Assembly: GCF_009914755.1 (NCBI RefSeq)
Contig: NC_060931.1
Direction: 5' to 3' (one strand)
Length of the DNA: 64,000 nucleotides
Source of the DNA: the human T2T-CHM13v2.0 reference genome, Homo sapiens
The notes under the pieces were generated by a model. It was not told the origin of the DNA. It was given only the letters and a program-made list of their open reading frames with translations, and ran no database searches. Below are positions 1 to 15,260 of this stretch, piece after piece. Each line of letters opens with the position of its first letter. Position 1 is the first letter of the stretch. The translations under genes and the position numbers were made by a program.

Positions 1-100
1 TGAGCCAAGATCACGCCACGGCACTCCAACCTGGGAGACAGAGCAAGACTCTGTCAAAAAAATAAATAAATAAAAAACAAAAACAAAAACTAACAAAAAA
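1..100 (+). mobile_element. Alu 3' end with A-rich tail
   Basis: tgagccaagatcacgcc...gcaagactctgtc followed by A-tail. Confidence 0.9.
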
Positions 101-118
101 ACACAGTAATTCTCCTTA

Positions 119-500
<382 letters not shown>

Positions 501-785
501 ATAAAGATCTACCTATCTCCTTGTGGGTAAAAGGGCTTGGGAAAGCCACTAGCAACTCCTGTCCTTTCCCTCTTTGTTTCCGGCACCTTAGCATTGTACT
601 GTTATGATGAGACTCCTGATGGCTTTTGAAATAAGGAGGGAGTGGAAGGACTAGTCAATGTTTGCTTAACATGTAACAAAGGGATTGTTTTGAGTTACAC
701 GTAGTGTGTCTTTCACTGTGTTATATCAGTGTGGTTCCCAGTCTTTCTGTAAGTAATGGAACTTCTGTGTTTGTGTGTTTGGCAG

Positions 786-833
786 GCTTTCCTGCAGCCC
801 GAAGGTGTCACAGTTGTGTTCAAATAAAAAATG
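786..833 (+). CDS. KLHDC10: KLHDC10 internal coding exon (48 nt; (G)FPAARRCHSCVQIKN(D))
   Basis: ggcag|GC acceptor and ATG|gtaagg donor; phase 1-1; translation matches the recalled KLHDC10 kelch repeat and joins in frame to the exon at 2817. Confidence 0.95.
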
Positions 834-2126
834 GTAAGGATTCTAAATAACATTTTGCTTCCATTTCTGTAATTGTATCTTCTGAAAATGTCTTATTTCC
901 TAAGATAGCCCCCTCAAAAGAGGCTCATAACTTTGAGAAAAGTCTATTTCTTGTAAACTTAAAGGGAAATTCATAGTTATGCCTCTGTCAGCTGTTTTCA
1001 TAATGTAAACTAGTATGGTGTTTGGGTTCCTTCAGTTATTAGAGAACTCAAAAAATGGTGATAAATAAGCTTTTATTGTAGCACTTGATCTTTCAGCATC
1101 CCACACCTCAACAGATGTCTGTGGTTATGGTGGCTAATACTAATAATCTTGACTGTTTATACTGTAGAGACCTCAGCGAACATTGTATTAAAATTGTAAT
1201 AACTCCTTCAGAGTGTTATTTCATAAAGTTGATTCTGTTCTCTCTCTGATGCCAAATGGAACTCTTCACTCATTCTTTGGCCATATTACAACAAAGGCAT
1301 TGTATGGCTTCAGAAAGCAGCTGCAGCTACTTTAACTAAATGTGATAAGTGACTCCTCTCTGGATAACCTTCCTGTCTTTTAATTTACAACTTATTTCAT
1401 CGTCTGATATAGCTCTTAAATTTTTTCTGGGAGGAAAGCATGTATAAATGAGTTAGATAGCCTGTATGCTTTTAGCAACTTAGTTCAGATACAACTAGGA
1501 TTATTCTGCCATCTCTAGTTCAGAGGGATTTTTTATTGTGCTCCTGCTTTCTGGATAAGATTTATAGATAATGACATTGCTCACATTTCTCTCTGTGAGA
1601 ATGGAACTGTACTTTCAGTTTTCCTTGAATCCTAGCCAAAAAAGTTTCCAGTGCATTTTATAGCTTAAGTATTGGCTTAAACTTGGTCTAGACCTGAGTT
1701 AAGAAATTTATTCATTTAATTCTTTGAGGCCAAGCACCATACAAATAGAATTCAACCTTAGTTCTAGGCATTTCGTTTGAAGGTTCACATAGCCTTTGTT
1801 ACAAGTTATCTAATTAGTTATAACTAACTGATTTTACCAGAAAACCCACACCTTTCATTTTGGGAAAATTATTCCTAATAACTGTACAGATCAAACAGAG
1901 CTTCAGTTTGTCCTCTTCTCGCCGAAGAAAGCTTGGAAGAGCCTCTTTTGTGTTCCTAAACTGAACATTGCAGTGAAGTGAACGTTCCTCCTCAGGTTAA
2001 ATGTCTACATAGAGACTTTAGTCTCTGCGAGCAGATAAATGTATATTCTTTCCAGGACATTATTTAAAGAAGAGTTTGCAAACTGGTGGCCTGCAAATGT
2101 GTTTTGTTTGGCTCATATGTGTATTA

Positions 2127-2304
<178 letters not shown>

Positions 2305-2816
2305 CTAGCCAAAACTTAAAAATCAAAATGTTTCATTTTTAAAAACATAACCAGATTTCCAACTTGCCTTGAAAAAAATGGACGATCTGGCAATTGCCAG
2401 CCTTAAGTCTGTTATAGGACCGAACAGCTGGGGCTGCATAGCTGTCGCCTCTTTTAGAGCATGAGCATTTCTGTCTGTTTTCCTGAGACTTCTGTTTGTT
2501 TATCTTCCCTAGACCCCCTTGCTCATTTACTTTCTGTGCCTGGAATCTGTAGGTATGTGTTTGAATTTGGTAACTTTGACATGAAGGCTCCTTAGAGGCT
2601 TGCATTCTTAGTCCCAGGGAAGACCCTGACATAGCATCTCAGTTCTGTTGAGGGACAAGACAACAGCATGAGAGGCTGCACAGCAGAAGTCGTCTGTGTC
2701 ATGGGGCAATCCACTTCACTGGCCGCATGTCAGCTGGCTGTGTGACCTACTCTAAAACACTCCATAGCTTTGGCTCTTTTCCTTTGTGTGATCTTGGCTT
2801 TCTCTTTTCTTCATAG

Positions 2817-2956
2817 ATGTATTTATTTGTGGGGGCTATAATGGAGAGGTGATCCTGGGAGATATCTGGAAGTTGAATCTGCAGACTTTCCAATGGGTGA
2901 AGCTCCCAGCTACCATGCCAGAGCCAGTTTATTTTCACTGTGCAGCTGTTACACCA
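2817..2956 (+). CDS. KLHDC10: KLHDC10 penultimate coding exon (140 nt; (D)VFICGGYNGEVILGDIWKLNLQTFQWVKLPATMPEPVYFHCAAVTP)
   Basis: Polypyrimidine tract + catag| acceptor and CCA|gtaagt donor; kelch GG-Y..W signature; phase 1-0. Confidence 0.96.
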
Positions 2957-3395
2957 GTAAGTTTTTATTTTCATATCTTCCTTATGTAGTTACAGATGAT
3001 AAGGAAATCTTTTTAGAGATATTAGCAAGAAAAAAAGCCAGATATAGGCAAACCTTAGATGATTAATAACATATTTTTAAAACTTCCTTCCAAAGCTAGG
3101 CCCTCCTCTAAGAAAAGAGGAGAAAAATCATCACACCCAAATTTGAGAGAATAACATAAATGTAAGAGAAATGCTACCTGTGGCATTCCGGCCCTGACCG
3201 TGATGTCAAAGGTGTTTCCTGGGAGGGCGGAATAGTTTTACCCCCTTGATACCATATTATTGAAGATCCTGCTCATTTCTTGAAGGCAAAGGCCTTTATT
3301 TTCATCTTTGTATTCCCAGTATTTGGCATCTTGGATACTTAATATAGGTTTAGTTTAATGTTAGTTAATAGTGAAATTGTTTGTTGTTGAAGTAA

Positions 3396-3715
<320 letters not shown>

Positions 3716-3918
3716 TCATATATATATATATATATAGTTTTTCCCTTAGTAATTCATTAATTATTTAAACCCTCTTGATCTCCACATGGTATTGGGATCA
3801 GTGAGGAATTCTTGTTTCATTTCATTTTGATTCCATCTACTATGCTTTTTCCCCACTGAGTCTTCAGCCTTGTATGTTTCTCTCCCGTTTGAATTTGTCC
3901 TCTTTTGACTACTCATAG

Positions 3919-4128
3919 GCTGGTTGCATGTACATTCATGGAGGAGTGGTGAACATCCATGAAAACAAACGGACTGGGTCATTGTTTAAGATCTGGCTGG
4001 TGGTACCTAGCCTGCTGGAACTGGCATGGGAGAAGCTGCTTGCGGCCTTCCCTAACCTTGCAAACCTCTCCCGAACACAACTTCTGCACCTTGGACTCAC
4101 ACAGGGACTCATCGAACGCTTGAAATGA
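3919..4128 (+). CDS. KLHDC10: KLHDC10 terminal coding exon (AGCMYIHGG...VPSLLELAWEKL...LGLTQGLIERLK*), Cullin-2 substrate receptor with C-terminal BC-box/Cul2-box
   Basis: catag|GCT acceptor; ORF track 3928..4128; last kelch blade plus VPSLLELAW BC-box; TGA at 4126-4128. Confidence 0.96.
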   Translation, partial: AGCMYIHGGVVNIHENKRTGSLFKIWLVVPSLLELAWEKLLAAFPNLANLSRTQLLHLGLTQGLIERLK

Positions 4129-7100
4129 GGATTTCTGGACTGTTCATTGATACTGGAAATGTTAATTTAAAGAGACTCCTTTATTTATGGGCAGTGTAGA
4201 ATGTGCTACAAAGAGGATTGGTTACCCTGATCAAGGCCTTATTTAGAAAATACATCAGATGCCTTTCTGTAAATTGGTTTTTCAGTTTATGGACATCTCA
4301 CTTTCCCACGTGCTTCCTTCTTTGCTTCTGTTCCTCCTGACCCATTACATGCACATGTACTCACATACTCCCTCTTCCTTCTCGATGGAGTTAAGGGAAA
4401 GCCTGAAAGTACCTTAATAATGTTATTAATCAAGACAGATTCCTTTTTAAAGGAATTCTGAATAGTTCCATGTCATACAATATTCTAGAAATTAAAACAT
4501 CATCAACATAAAGAAAAATGAAATTAAAAAATTTTTACATCTAGCAACAGCAACAACCACAAATTTAGGGGAAGCTGAGAAGGCTAACCTTGGGAATCTT
4601 GCAGGTTATACTTAAACCTAGATGTTTAACTTAGTGTTTTCAAGATGTGTCTAACTGAATAGTAGCTGGGTCTGATGGCAGCAGTGCTTGCCATCTTGTT
4701 GCACAGATAACTCAAACCTACCCTTTGGCTTTGAAGGAAGGTTAAGCAGCCCAGCAACTCTTGGTTAGTGATTTCTTTCTCATCCTCATGGTGCCAGCAG
4801 TGGTTAGAGTTGGTTTGTCAAAAGACTTACGTGTGTGTCGTGGTCGTGCTCTTTGTTGTTGCTCTTAGAAATTATGGCACCAAGAATGTTTCAAACGGAA
4901 AAACTTGTGGTGGCCAAAGTTCTTCATTCTGGCAGTTTTGAAACTCTCTTATGCTTATTAATGGTTTTAAATATCTCTTTGACTTCTTCATGGGGAATTG
5001 TAGACCCTAAGTATGTGGTGTAAATGCCATGTAACATGAACACAAGCTCCCGAGGGAGGCCAGAGAAGAGCCAGGCAGAGAAAACCTGCATCCTCTGGGC
5101 TTGTTAACTTGGCTTCCACTCGGGCTGTGGTCTTTGGCTATCATCTTGGCCATTTCCTTTTGAGAACTTGTTTCTTTTCTAATCTCTGGGCCAGGTACCT
5201 GCCATTTTCTCAGGCAGTTGGTCCTTGATTTTTCCCTTAGCTTGTTGCCTTCTTTTCCGTCTGCTTTAATGTGCATGGTGCTGTGAATAATTGTCTAGTA
5301 ATTGGATACAAGGTCTTGGGGGTAAAGCCACAGGTCATCCTTCCTGAAGAACCAAGTATCATTTAAAAACTAGCATGAGGAAGGAATGAAACTGAGTAGC
5401 ATTCATTTTGTGTGTGTGAAATTTTAGTTCTGGTTTGTTTGATTTGTTTTTTTTTTAATTCTAAAAAGAATGACATAAATTTTCACTCGCTTTGCCATCT
5501 GGCTGCTAGGGGAGCTGAGCAAGAGGCTCACCATGCGCATGTGTAAGCCGCAGGTGTACTCAAGGTGCTGAAGGCGTGCAAGGGGCAGCGCTGGTCCTCC
5601 CGGGGCCAACTCACAGCAGGAGACTCGCATGGGAGAGTTGGAACACATCTTTCCTTTAAGTGCCTCTTTTTTCACCTAGCTTTTAAAGTTATTCTTTGTC
5701 CTTCATCTCAGAAGGGATCTCTTTAGCTTATGTGTGGATTTAAAATGACCTTTGAGCTACGGTTAAAAAGCTACCATCTGGTGTTCAGTTCTGGGAAAGA
5801 GAAAACCGTAGCCTCCAGACATGCTCCTGATTTCTAGGCCTTATCATACCATCCCCTCTGTGATGGGTTGAGTTCATGGAGCCTGTATTCTGGGAAGTCT
5901 TATAATAACCACGCACCTGTGAACGTGGGTCCTTTCTGGGGAGTGAGGAATGTGGGAGAGAGGCAGAAAAAGGAGCAGCTCCTCTAGGGGCCCATCCTCC
6001 CACATCTTGCCATTACCAGTCTGTGTAGCACTTAACCTCCTGCCACCACTGCCAGGCTTGCTCCTCCGTTCTCTCCCAGAGCAAGTCAGTCTGAGCAGCT
6101 CCATTAGTCCAAAACAGAGCTTTGCTGCATGACTTCAGCCTGGCCTCTGGATATTTGGTGGAAATATATTCTAAATTGAACAAGCCAGGCTGTCCAGGGT
6201 GGCAAGAGGATTTTTGACCTGGATTTATACAGGGACCAAAGACTGAATGCTCAGCCTCTGTGCTTAGACTTTCATGGTCCTTAGGATAGAAGTGAGTCTC
6301 TAGCCCTGCTACACCAGAGAGCTGAAGAGAGATGTGGTCTGGTTCCATCCATACTTGCTGGCATCCTTTGTTAAGCCTTCTGAGGGCAGTCTTCTTTGAG
6401 GTAGACCTTGGAGGCCTGACATCGAAGACCTGTGTGTTTTATTTTCATAAAAGTATATATCCTTGGTCTAAAGTGTCTTCTTTTAATATAACACTAGTAA
6501 AAATGACATGGTATGACCAGCACTGAGTGCTATAGAACCACACATGTGTACATGTTCTGGATGCCAAATGAGACTGTGTGTAAATGACTAAGTGTAGATA
6601 ACTAGAAATTAGATAGGGGTCATCAGGCGTTTCGGTATACCTATAACCAGCACTCGGAATTCCTGACACTGTTTACTTGATTTAGGAAAGTTTATGCCTG
6701 CTGCTTCTCTGCCTCTTTGAGGTACTCCCAGCCGTCTTACTACAGTCCTGTAAATTTAAGTGCAATATATAGAAACATATGGATATATACAGATTATATA
6801 TAGGGTGTAACTATAAAGCAGGTAGACTACTTTTTTGCATCTTGGGGAAGTGAGCTCATTACTTTAGGTTCAAATTATGCCAAGAATTTTAGATGTGATC
6901 AGCTGGCTTAAGCCAACTCATGTCATGATAAAGCTGGATTTTCAAGTCCATGTTTTCTTACTCCAACTCTTAGAGACTCATTGTTCCTTAGGTTTGTTAG
7001 AGTTGAGATTTTTTTTCTCCCTGTCATCTTTGTACTCTCTCATGTTTGCATGTCTTACATTTTGTTGCCGGAGAACAAGGAAGTCCATCTGTAAGGAGTT

Positions 7101-9090
7101 TCCTAAACGGAGAATTAAAACCTAGTATTTAACACTAACCATTCTCCTATGTATATACTAATTTATCTGGGAATGTAATACTTTATTAAATGAAGAAAAT
7201 GATGCTTTCTTCATTTAATATTTTCCACATCCTGGAAAAACTATAAACTGACACAGAATAGATTGAAATCTTAACTGGGGCTAAACAAAACCCTTTCCAT
7301 TGGCAGAATCTCCTTTTTTCAGGGCCATAATGACATGATGTAAAAATTTGCTTTAAACCATTCATGCCCTTAAATAGCTAGATTTTAAAGCATAATAAGC
7401 ATATTAACATTTTTAAGCAAAAGATACGTTAACAGTGACCTTTGGTTATCCACAGTAGCAAGAGTAAAGCACAGATCATTGAAATCCATAGATAATCAGT
7501 GAATCAACTTTCCTACCAAACAATAGATTCATTTACATTTCTTTTTCCTCCCTATCCTTTCCTGTAAGCACCTGTTTTTCCATGGAATGGGGTTAATGAG
7601 TAGGTAGAAAAGGAAAAGGAATAATCAGTAGGAGCTGACAACCAGTGACCATATAAGCAGCTGATTGCCTGTAATTAGTCAGGCTGAACAATTAGAGTTG
7701 AATGCTGAAATTAGGAACCACAGGTGGTAATCCTGAGTAGATGTAGCTCTTCAGCGTCATCTCCTGCCCTGAGCTCCAGGCCATCTCTCTAACCACCAAA
7801 GAACTCTTAGTACCTACGGGAAGGAAAAGCTGTGTGCGACACAGAGGAAACTCCATTATTTGAACACATTTCTTTGGCTCTTGACAAATACTTGCTTTTC
7901 CTCTAATCTTGCAAGAGCTATGGCTCTTCTATTTTCCAATCACACAGCTTGGCATGTAGGAAAGGTTGAATGATCCTCTAAGACTGTGTTGGTCTTCGTA
8001 TTCTGTAAAACCCATTTTTTTTTTTGTGGTCTTACAGATGTTTAGAAAGTGGCACAGGTTACTGAATTGTCTACCTGCCAGCATTCTGATATAGCACAAA
8101 AAGCTATTTTCCTTTATTTTTTGTATTATTTTTTATTTTTCTGGCATTGAGCTCTAGGGTGGATGAGGGTTTATGGTCCTCTGATCATAAGCTCCATTCT
8201 AAAAACTGGTCACTGTTAGCTGAAATTGCTTTGGTTCCCCAAATGCCTTGGAACTCCAGACGCACCCGCAGGGCCTGAGGTAGGCTTCATAGAGTTCTAG
8301 GACTTCCGTGTGCGTTGCCACCAGATCCTGCCCAGCAATGGCCTTTCCCTTCTAAGGTCATTAGATTCAGCCAAAAGCGACCTCTTCTCTAGTCCGGTGT
8401 TACGAACAGAAGTTCTGAGTTGTGCTACAAAAGTAGTTCCATCTTTTTGGTGTAATTTTCATGTTTTTAATTTGAAAACAAAAAAAAACAACTTTTTATA
8501 AGTTTTTTAAGGGCCCTGCTTAGTCAGTGTACAGGGTGGAGTCAGAGGCAGTTTTCAGAAAAAAACAAAAAACAAAAAACAATTTCACCAAGCGGTAGTA
8601 ATTGTTGTTTTACTAGTTATACATTTAGAATATAAAGGAGGCATCAGAAAACACACTCTCTAAAGCCACTTCCTTGTGCACAGAGTCTGCACAGGGAGAG
8701 CACAGGCATCTCCCTGGAAAAGCACCTGCCAATGACGAATTTCATGGAAGAACCTAGGCAAGAAAGGAAGCCTCTTTCTGAGACACAGTCTCTGAGAGGT
8801 GAGCCTAGCTTTGCTCTTCCTACAGGGTATGCTTGGGCCATACACAATGCTCGCCTTACTTTAAAGCTATTTTGCCACAGTCCTGTTAAATAGTGTGGAC
8901 GTCCTTTTGCAGTCTGGTGTGCATGCCATATGATCAGGACAGCTTTTCCACTTTACTCGGTTTCCTACAAGCAAGTAGGAAATACAGTGAATTTACCCTA
9001 AAATGTCCAATCTGTATTTATGTACCTTGTCAGTGTTTTGCTGTTGGTTTTCTAAAACAATCTGATCAATAAATCTTATCCAAATCAATT
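4129..9090 (+). other. KLHDC10: KLHDC10 long 3' UTR (~5 kb)
   Basis: Follows the stop codon; Alu-free; ends at UGUA-rich elements plus AATAAA 9068-9073; exact cleavage site estimated. Confidence 0.8.
9068..9073 (+). terminator. KLHDC10: KLHDC10 polyadenylation signal AATAAA
   Basis: AATAAA with upstream TGTA motifs (~9013-9024) and downstream GT/T-rich sequence (~9110-9135). Confidence 0.8.
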
Positions 9091-10327
9091 TGGTTCAAGT
9101 TCACCTTGATTGTCTAATGGTAATTTGTGTGTACGTGAGCGCACCTATATGACAGAAGCGTCAGTCCTACCCACCTCCACCACCCCCACCAGGCTCAGCT
9201 TTTCTCTGTAATATCTGTGAGTCATCTGCCTTCCACCCCCACTCCACTGTGGGTTCTTTATCTGCTCATTATCTGGAACTCCTGGACACACAAGAGTTCC
9301 CTCACCAGCACACTGCTCCCTCCACAAAGACATCAGCAAGGGAGCAACTGTCGGGCAGCCCACACTCCCTCTCACCGCCCCACCCCATGTTCCCCAAACC
9401 ACTGCTAGACAAGTTTGTATAGGTATATCAAGACTTTTCTGAAGGGTTGGAAGAGCTACAGAGAATTCAAAGGGAAAATGTGAACCCGTATATATAGTCA
9501 TATGACTGTCTTTATGATCTGAGGGAAGAGCCCCAGGAGCTGCTGAGCCCTGTGCAGGGGTCCTCTGGGGGTGAAACTACACTTCCTAGCTCTGCCCTTG
9601 GTCTTCCAGATGCTTCCCTCACCAAAACAAACCTCTGTTTTATGATGCTGTGATCTCTAATCCTCTAATCCTTCTCCATGCAGTGCTTTTCTCCATGTCT
9701 GTGTAGTCCAGAGTAGGTAGGGAAGGATACTCCCAAGTCTGGTCACTTTTAAGGTCTCCCTTCTAGAACTGAACAGATGCCTTGTATTTTTCAGTGTTTC
9801 CATTGGTTAACTATTGGATCAAACACACCTTCCATGGACAAATAATCTTAGATATTACAATATACATCTACAAGGAAGAAGAGAAACAATTTCTACCCAT
9901 TCATCCACCTTACAGTTAATACTTTATTATGCAGAGCAGTCTTCTTTCCTTGGGTTTATTTCTCCTAACTATACTCCTCTCCAAGCTACCAGATATAAGA
10001 AATGCACCCTATACCTTTCAGTCTTCAGACCAGCCAGAGCTTTGAAATGGACTCTTATGTGCATCTGATTTGGTTCTTAGATAAGGCATCTAAGACCCAT
10101 CTTGGCCTAGTGGGAGGAGTTTCAGTGGCCTAGTTGGTTTGCGTGGTTTTGTTCTTCCAGTTTATGTGTATATAATTCTAGTTTGTTAAAATGATGTTGT
10201 TAAGCTACTTTAACAACAACCACATTCTCTTGTAGTTAATCTTCTGCAGTAATTGCTTGAGGGAAGAAAACATTGGTAAAACCATCCAGTTTCCCTACTG
10301 CCTTCAAATGAAAGGCCAGGTTCTAGC

Positions 10328-10535
10328 CCAGTGCTAGAGCAATAAAGCTTTCTGCAATGGTGGAAATGTTCTGTATCTGCACCACCCAATATGGTGGTAG
10401 CCACAAGCCACATGGGGCTTTTGAGTACTTCAAATGTGGCTAGTATGGCTGAGAAACTGAATTTTTAATTTGATTTAATTTTCATGTATTTATAGGGAAA
10501 TAACCACACATGGCTAGTGGCTACCTCTTAGTGCA
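10328..10535. mobile_element. MER3-like hAT-Charlie DNA transposon
   Basis: ctttctgcaatggtggaaatgttctgtatctgc...gtagccacaagccacatg...atggctagtggctacc. Confidence 0.75.
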
Positions 10536-11474
10536 ATTCTAGGAAGAGATGACCTGGGGGTTAGGAGACAAGGGCTCTGCTCTTGGCTCAGTCCATAATA
10601 GCCCTGTTCTGTATGCAACTTGCTTTTCTTTGGGTCTTGGTTTACTTATCTGTCAAATAGGAGGAGGTTGGCTAGATAATCCCCAAGATCTAACATTATT
10701 TAGGATGTTTGGCCAAAAAAGGCTGCAGCATAATGGTGAGTACCATAGGTGTGCAGTGCTAGGACTGGAGTTACCTCTTAAACTCGATCCTGATCTTAAG
10801 ATCACTGATCCCACCGTGGTGGGAGGTCTGCTGCCCGCTCCAGGTGGTTCCTTAGTGAGTGGCACAGTCAGGATTTCCACTTGCATAGTGCAGGCTCCAA
10901 GAAAAAGTATTGAAAATGGAGTAGGGACTAGAACACGGCCACTGCCAAGCCACCTGTAACCCACTGGTTTCAAAACCATGATCCATACTTGTTAACAATA
11001 CAGATTCCTGGGCCCAAACCCCAAGGATTATATTTTAATAAGTGTGTAATTTTAATAAACTCTTTCATTGATTCCAATTCAGCTGGTTTAAGACATTTGG
11101 GAACCCCTGACCCACAGCTGAGCTAACTGGCCAGTGCCGGCCAAGATGAGAGATTTTGTTACCTTACTTTTTATTGTCATATTTCATTGTCCAGCAGGAG
11201 ACTTCACTGCAAAGGCCAGAATGAACATTTCCCAATCCTTGCCCATTAGAACTCAGTGGCAGACCGAGTACACAGGTATTCTCCGCTCCTTCTTGGAGAA
11301 CCACTAAAATAATAACAAAATGGCCCTAGTTTCCTTTTCTCTGAAATGGGGCTAACAGTAGTAACCTCTCTCCATACTAGCTACTTATTTCATACTGTGT
11401 GGCTGAAATAAGTAGATATGGGTAAGGTACTTCAAATGACGCCTGGCATATAGTAAGCATTATGGAGATATTCA

Positions 11475-12439
<965 letters not shown>

Positions 12440-13959
12440 CTAAAGCAGAACCTTCTGTAGCTCTTTCAGTCTAGCTCTTCTTCAGAATATGGCGAGTCTG
12501 AGTCTCTTCTGACCACATAAGACGGGGCGATTCAAAGCGTGCAGCTGGAGTATTTGTATTTTCAAGTTCTTCCCTGATTCAGCTGCAACCTCACTGGTAC
12601 TTGGGAATCTTTGGTTTAAAAGCCAATCCTAGAGGCTAGTGGAAGGAAAGAATGGAAGAGAGGGAGGAGGTTTTTAAAAAATACACACTCTGTCAAGTTT
12701 TAGGTGTGGGGTTTTTGTTTGTTTTATTTGAGACAGGCTGTGCTGCCCAGGCTGAAGTGCAGTGGCTCGATCACAGTTCCCGGACTCAAGTGATCCTCTT
12801 CCCTCAGCCTCTCAAGTAGCCTGGACCACAGGCATGTACCACCACACCTGGCTTAGCTGTGATTTTATCCTGTTGCCCAAAGCCTATTCCTTACCATCCT
12901 GTCCATTCATAAAATCAAGCAAGAACATTATTGTAGAGCAGAGGTTTTTTCTTTCATCCACAGCCAGGTGAGAGGAGGTAGTTTTGAGTGACATACAAAG
13001 CCAACCCAGCCAATCTGCTCACCCTACACTGGCCTTGCAGCCTCAAATGCAAAAGCAAGAGGCTTCTCAGATTCTCCAGCAGACAGCTCAGCAGGGGAGC
13101 TCAGCAGCCCATGCAGGAAGGTAGGTGCCAAACACCACTCAGGGAGGTCAGGAGCCACCACAGCCCAGCTCCAGGACTTGGGAAGAGAAGGCAGAGACAG
13201 CTGGGAGCTCTGGCCACTTACTATTTGGGGGCCCCACAGCAGGCCAGGAGCTTTAGAGTATTGCAGATGACATCCATGAAAAGAGAAAGCAGCTGCCATG
13301 CAGCCTGTGTCACCTTAGAGGAGTCAGACTGGTCAGTTTATCCTCCTTGAACCTGCCACTTAGAACCGCAAGGTTCTGGGAGTGGAGGAGGCTCTCACCA
13401 TGACTGCCTAGGATGTGTTCAAAATCCCCACCCCACTGTCAGGGAGCAAACTTTGTTACTCTCCCAGCCCCAGAAAAATACATCCAGGCCATCCAGGCAT
13501 CTCCTGCACCTGGGTTATTTACTACCCAAACCTCACCCTGAAACAGCTAAGATCAGGTCATGGTTCGGGATGTCGGCCTCTGCCTGGGCTCACCCTGCAC
13601 TGCACAGGCTTGCTGCCCACAAAGACGCGGTTTATAAGAACAATAGGCACAGGGGTGTCTCAGAGCTACTTGCATACTAGGGCATCCAGGACGAGAACTC
13701 CAGCTTTACACTGGATCTAACCCCGGACCCCAAACACACACACTAACCCAGAGCCCAGCCTCTGCAGCCCCTGCCATGTCAGCCAAGCATTTTCAGTTCA
13801 TTTTCTCCTCGGCAAGCCTGTATTGAATCGCAGGCCTAGAAGTTTTATCCCCGTTTCACAGATTGGCAGGCCAAGACAAGACAAATTCAGTGATTTGCCA
13901 AGGGCCAGAGAAGGGAGTCCAAGTCTGCAAGCTTGCAAGGTCGCGTTCATGAGAACTTT

Positions 13960-15260
13960 CATCCTCCTGGGACCCGGCGGCAGGCACATGGGCCTGGATA
14001 GTTACTGAGAAAATTCTTTCAGAAGGGCTTTCGGGGACGTGAAGTCACCCCTGGCTTCCCGGGATTCTGGGTTGGGAGCAGCCGCGCAGGGGCGGTGAAG
14101 CCAGGGGCCAGGGCGGTCCGTGCTGCGGGCGGCTCCCCAAGGCCCGGTGCGCTGGGCTACCCGCCCGCTGGCCATGGACTTGCCGCCTGCAGCGCACATG
14201 GCTGGGGAGGAAGAGCCGTGGATTTCAGTCTGTACACCCAGACGACTAAGAAGCTGCCGCCCGCTAGCGGGGAGGGGACTCGGCCGGGAGGTGGCCCCCG
14301 CAGCCCGGCGCCGCCGCGCGTCCCATCCTCGAGGCCACCGTCGCTCACCGAACATCTGGCACGTGCCATTGGTGCTGGGGTGCTGCGTGAGCGGGCCCTG
14401 CCTTCGGGAAGTTTCCATTGGGGAGGAGGCGATCGATCAGACCACAGCAAACGAGCAAGATGACCACAGTGGCCCATGGAGGGGGAATAGGAGCTGTGTG
14501 GCGTAGAAACAAGGAAAGCCTCCCGCCCGGTGTGCACGGGGAGCTAGAAAGTGTGACCAGAGTGTTCGGGGCAGGGACAAAACCCAGCTTCTGGTGTCTT
14601 CTGCAAGGGGAAGAAGCCTTGCGGTGGGAGCCAGGGGAATCCCCGCGAAGAGGCGGCCCCGCACCTATCCCGGGGCTGGGACGAAGGGTTTGGCTTCTCT
14701 AAACGCAGCGGGAAGCTTTAAGCCAGAGCCACACAGAGCATCCCTGTCGCAGGAGAGTGCCCGGGGGTCCCAGGAGGGCGAAAGCACCTTTGGGGCCGAG
14801 ACACTTCTGCTCCCATCACCCCCGCCCCAGCAGGGCGCCCCTGTGCGGGGAACAGCCAGCAATCAGGGACAGCGCCCCAGGCCCCGCTGCGCCAGCACTG
14901 GCAGGAGGGACGCATGGAGGCCGGACGGAACTGGGGAGGGGGTGCTGGCCAGGGTGGGCTCAGGCCCTCCCCACTAAGGCCAGCTCGGCCCAGGGCCTCC
15001 CTGCGCAGCCCAGCGCGCCTTGTCGGAGAGGCTCCTAGGACCGGAGGGGAAGCCGCTCTGAACCGGAATGATCTGGTTTGGAGCGGGTTGGCTCCCTCCC
15101 TGCTCCCCCGCCCACTGCTCTCCCTCTCCTCCAGCGACGGGCTGGTTTTTGCCGCAGTCCCTGACCAAGGTAAACAGGAGGGAAGAGGAAAGAAGGCTGT
15201 TTCCATGGCAACCCAGGGGATAGGCGCTGTGGCTCTCCGGGATATGCGGGGGTGACTTCA
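13960..15260. promoter_or_regulatory. CpG island (intergenic, orphan)
   Basis: High GC, dense CpG (cggcgccgccgcgcg etc.), GC boxes, no Alu; no known coding 5' end nearby in the window. Confidence 0.8.
15199..15212. promoter_or_regulatory. RFX X-box motif GTTTCCATGGCAAC
   Basis: Matches the palindromic consensus GTTNCCATGGNAAC, at the CpG-island edge. Confidence 0.7.

Noticed and set aside
5532-5545. NRF1-like TGCGCATGTG in the KLHDC10 3' UTR
   Set aside because: Only a partial palindrome, outside any promoter context
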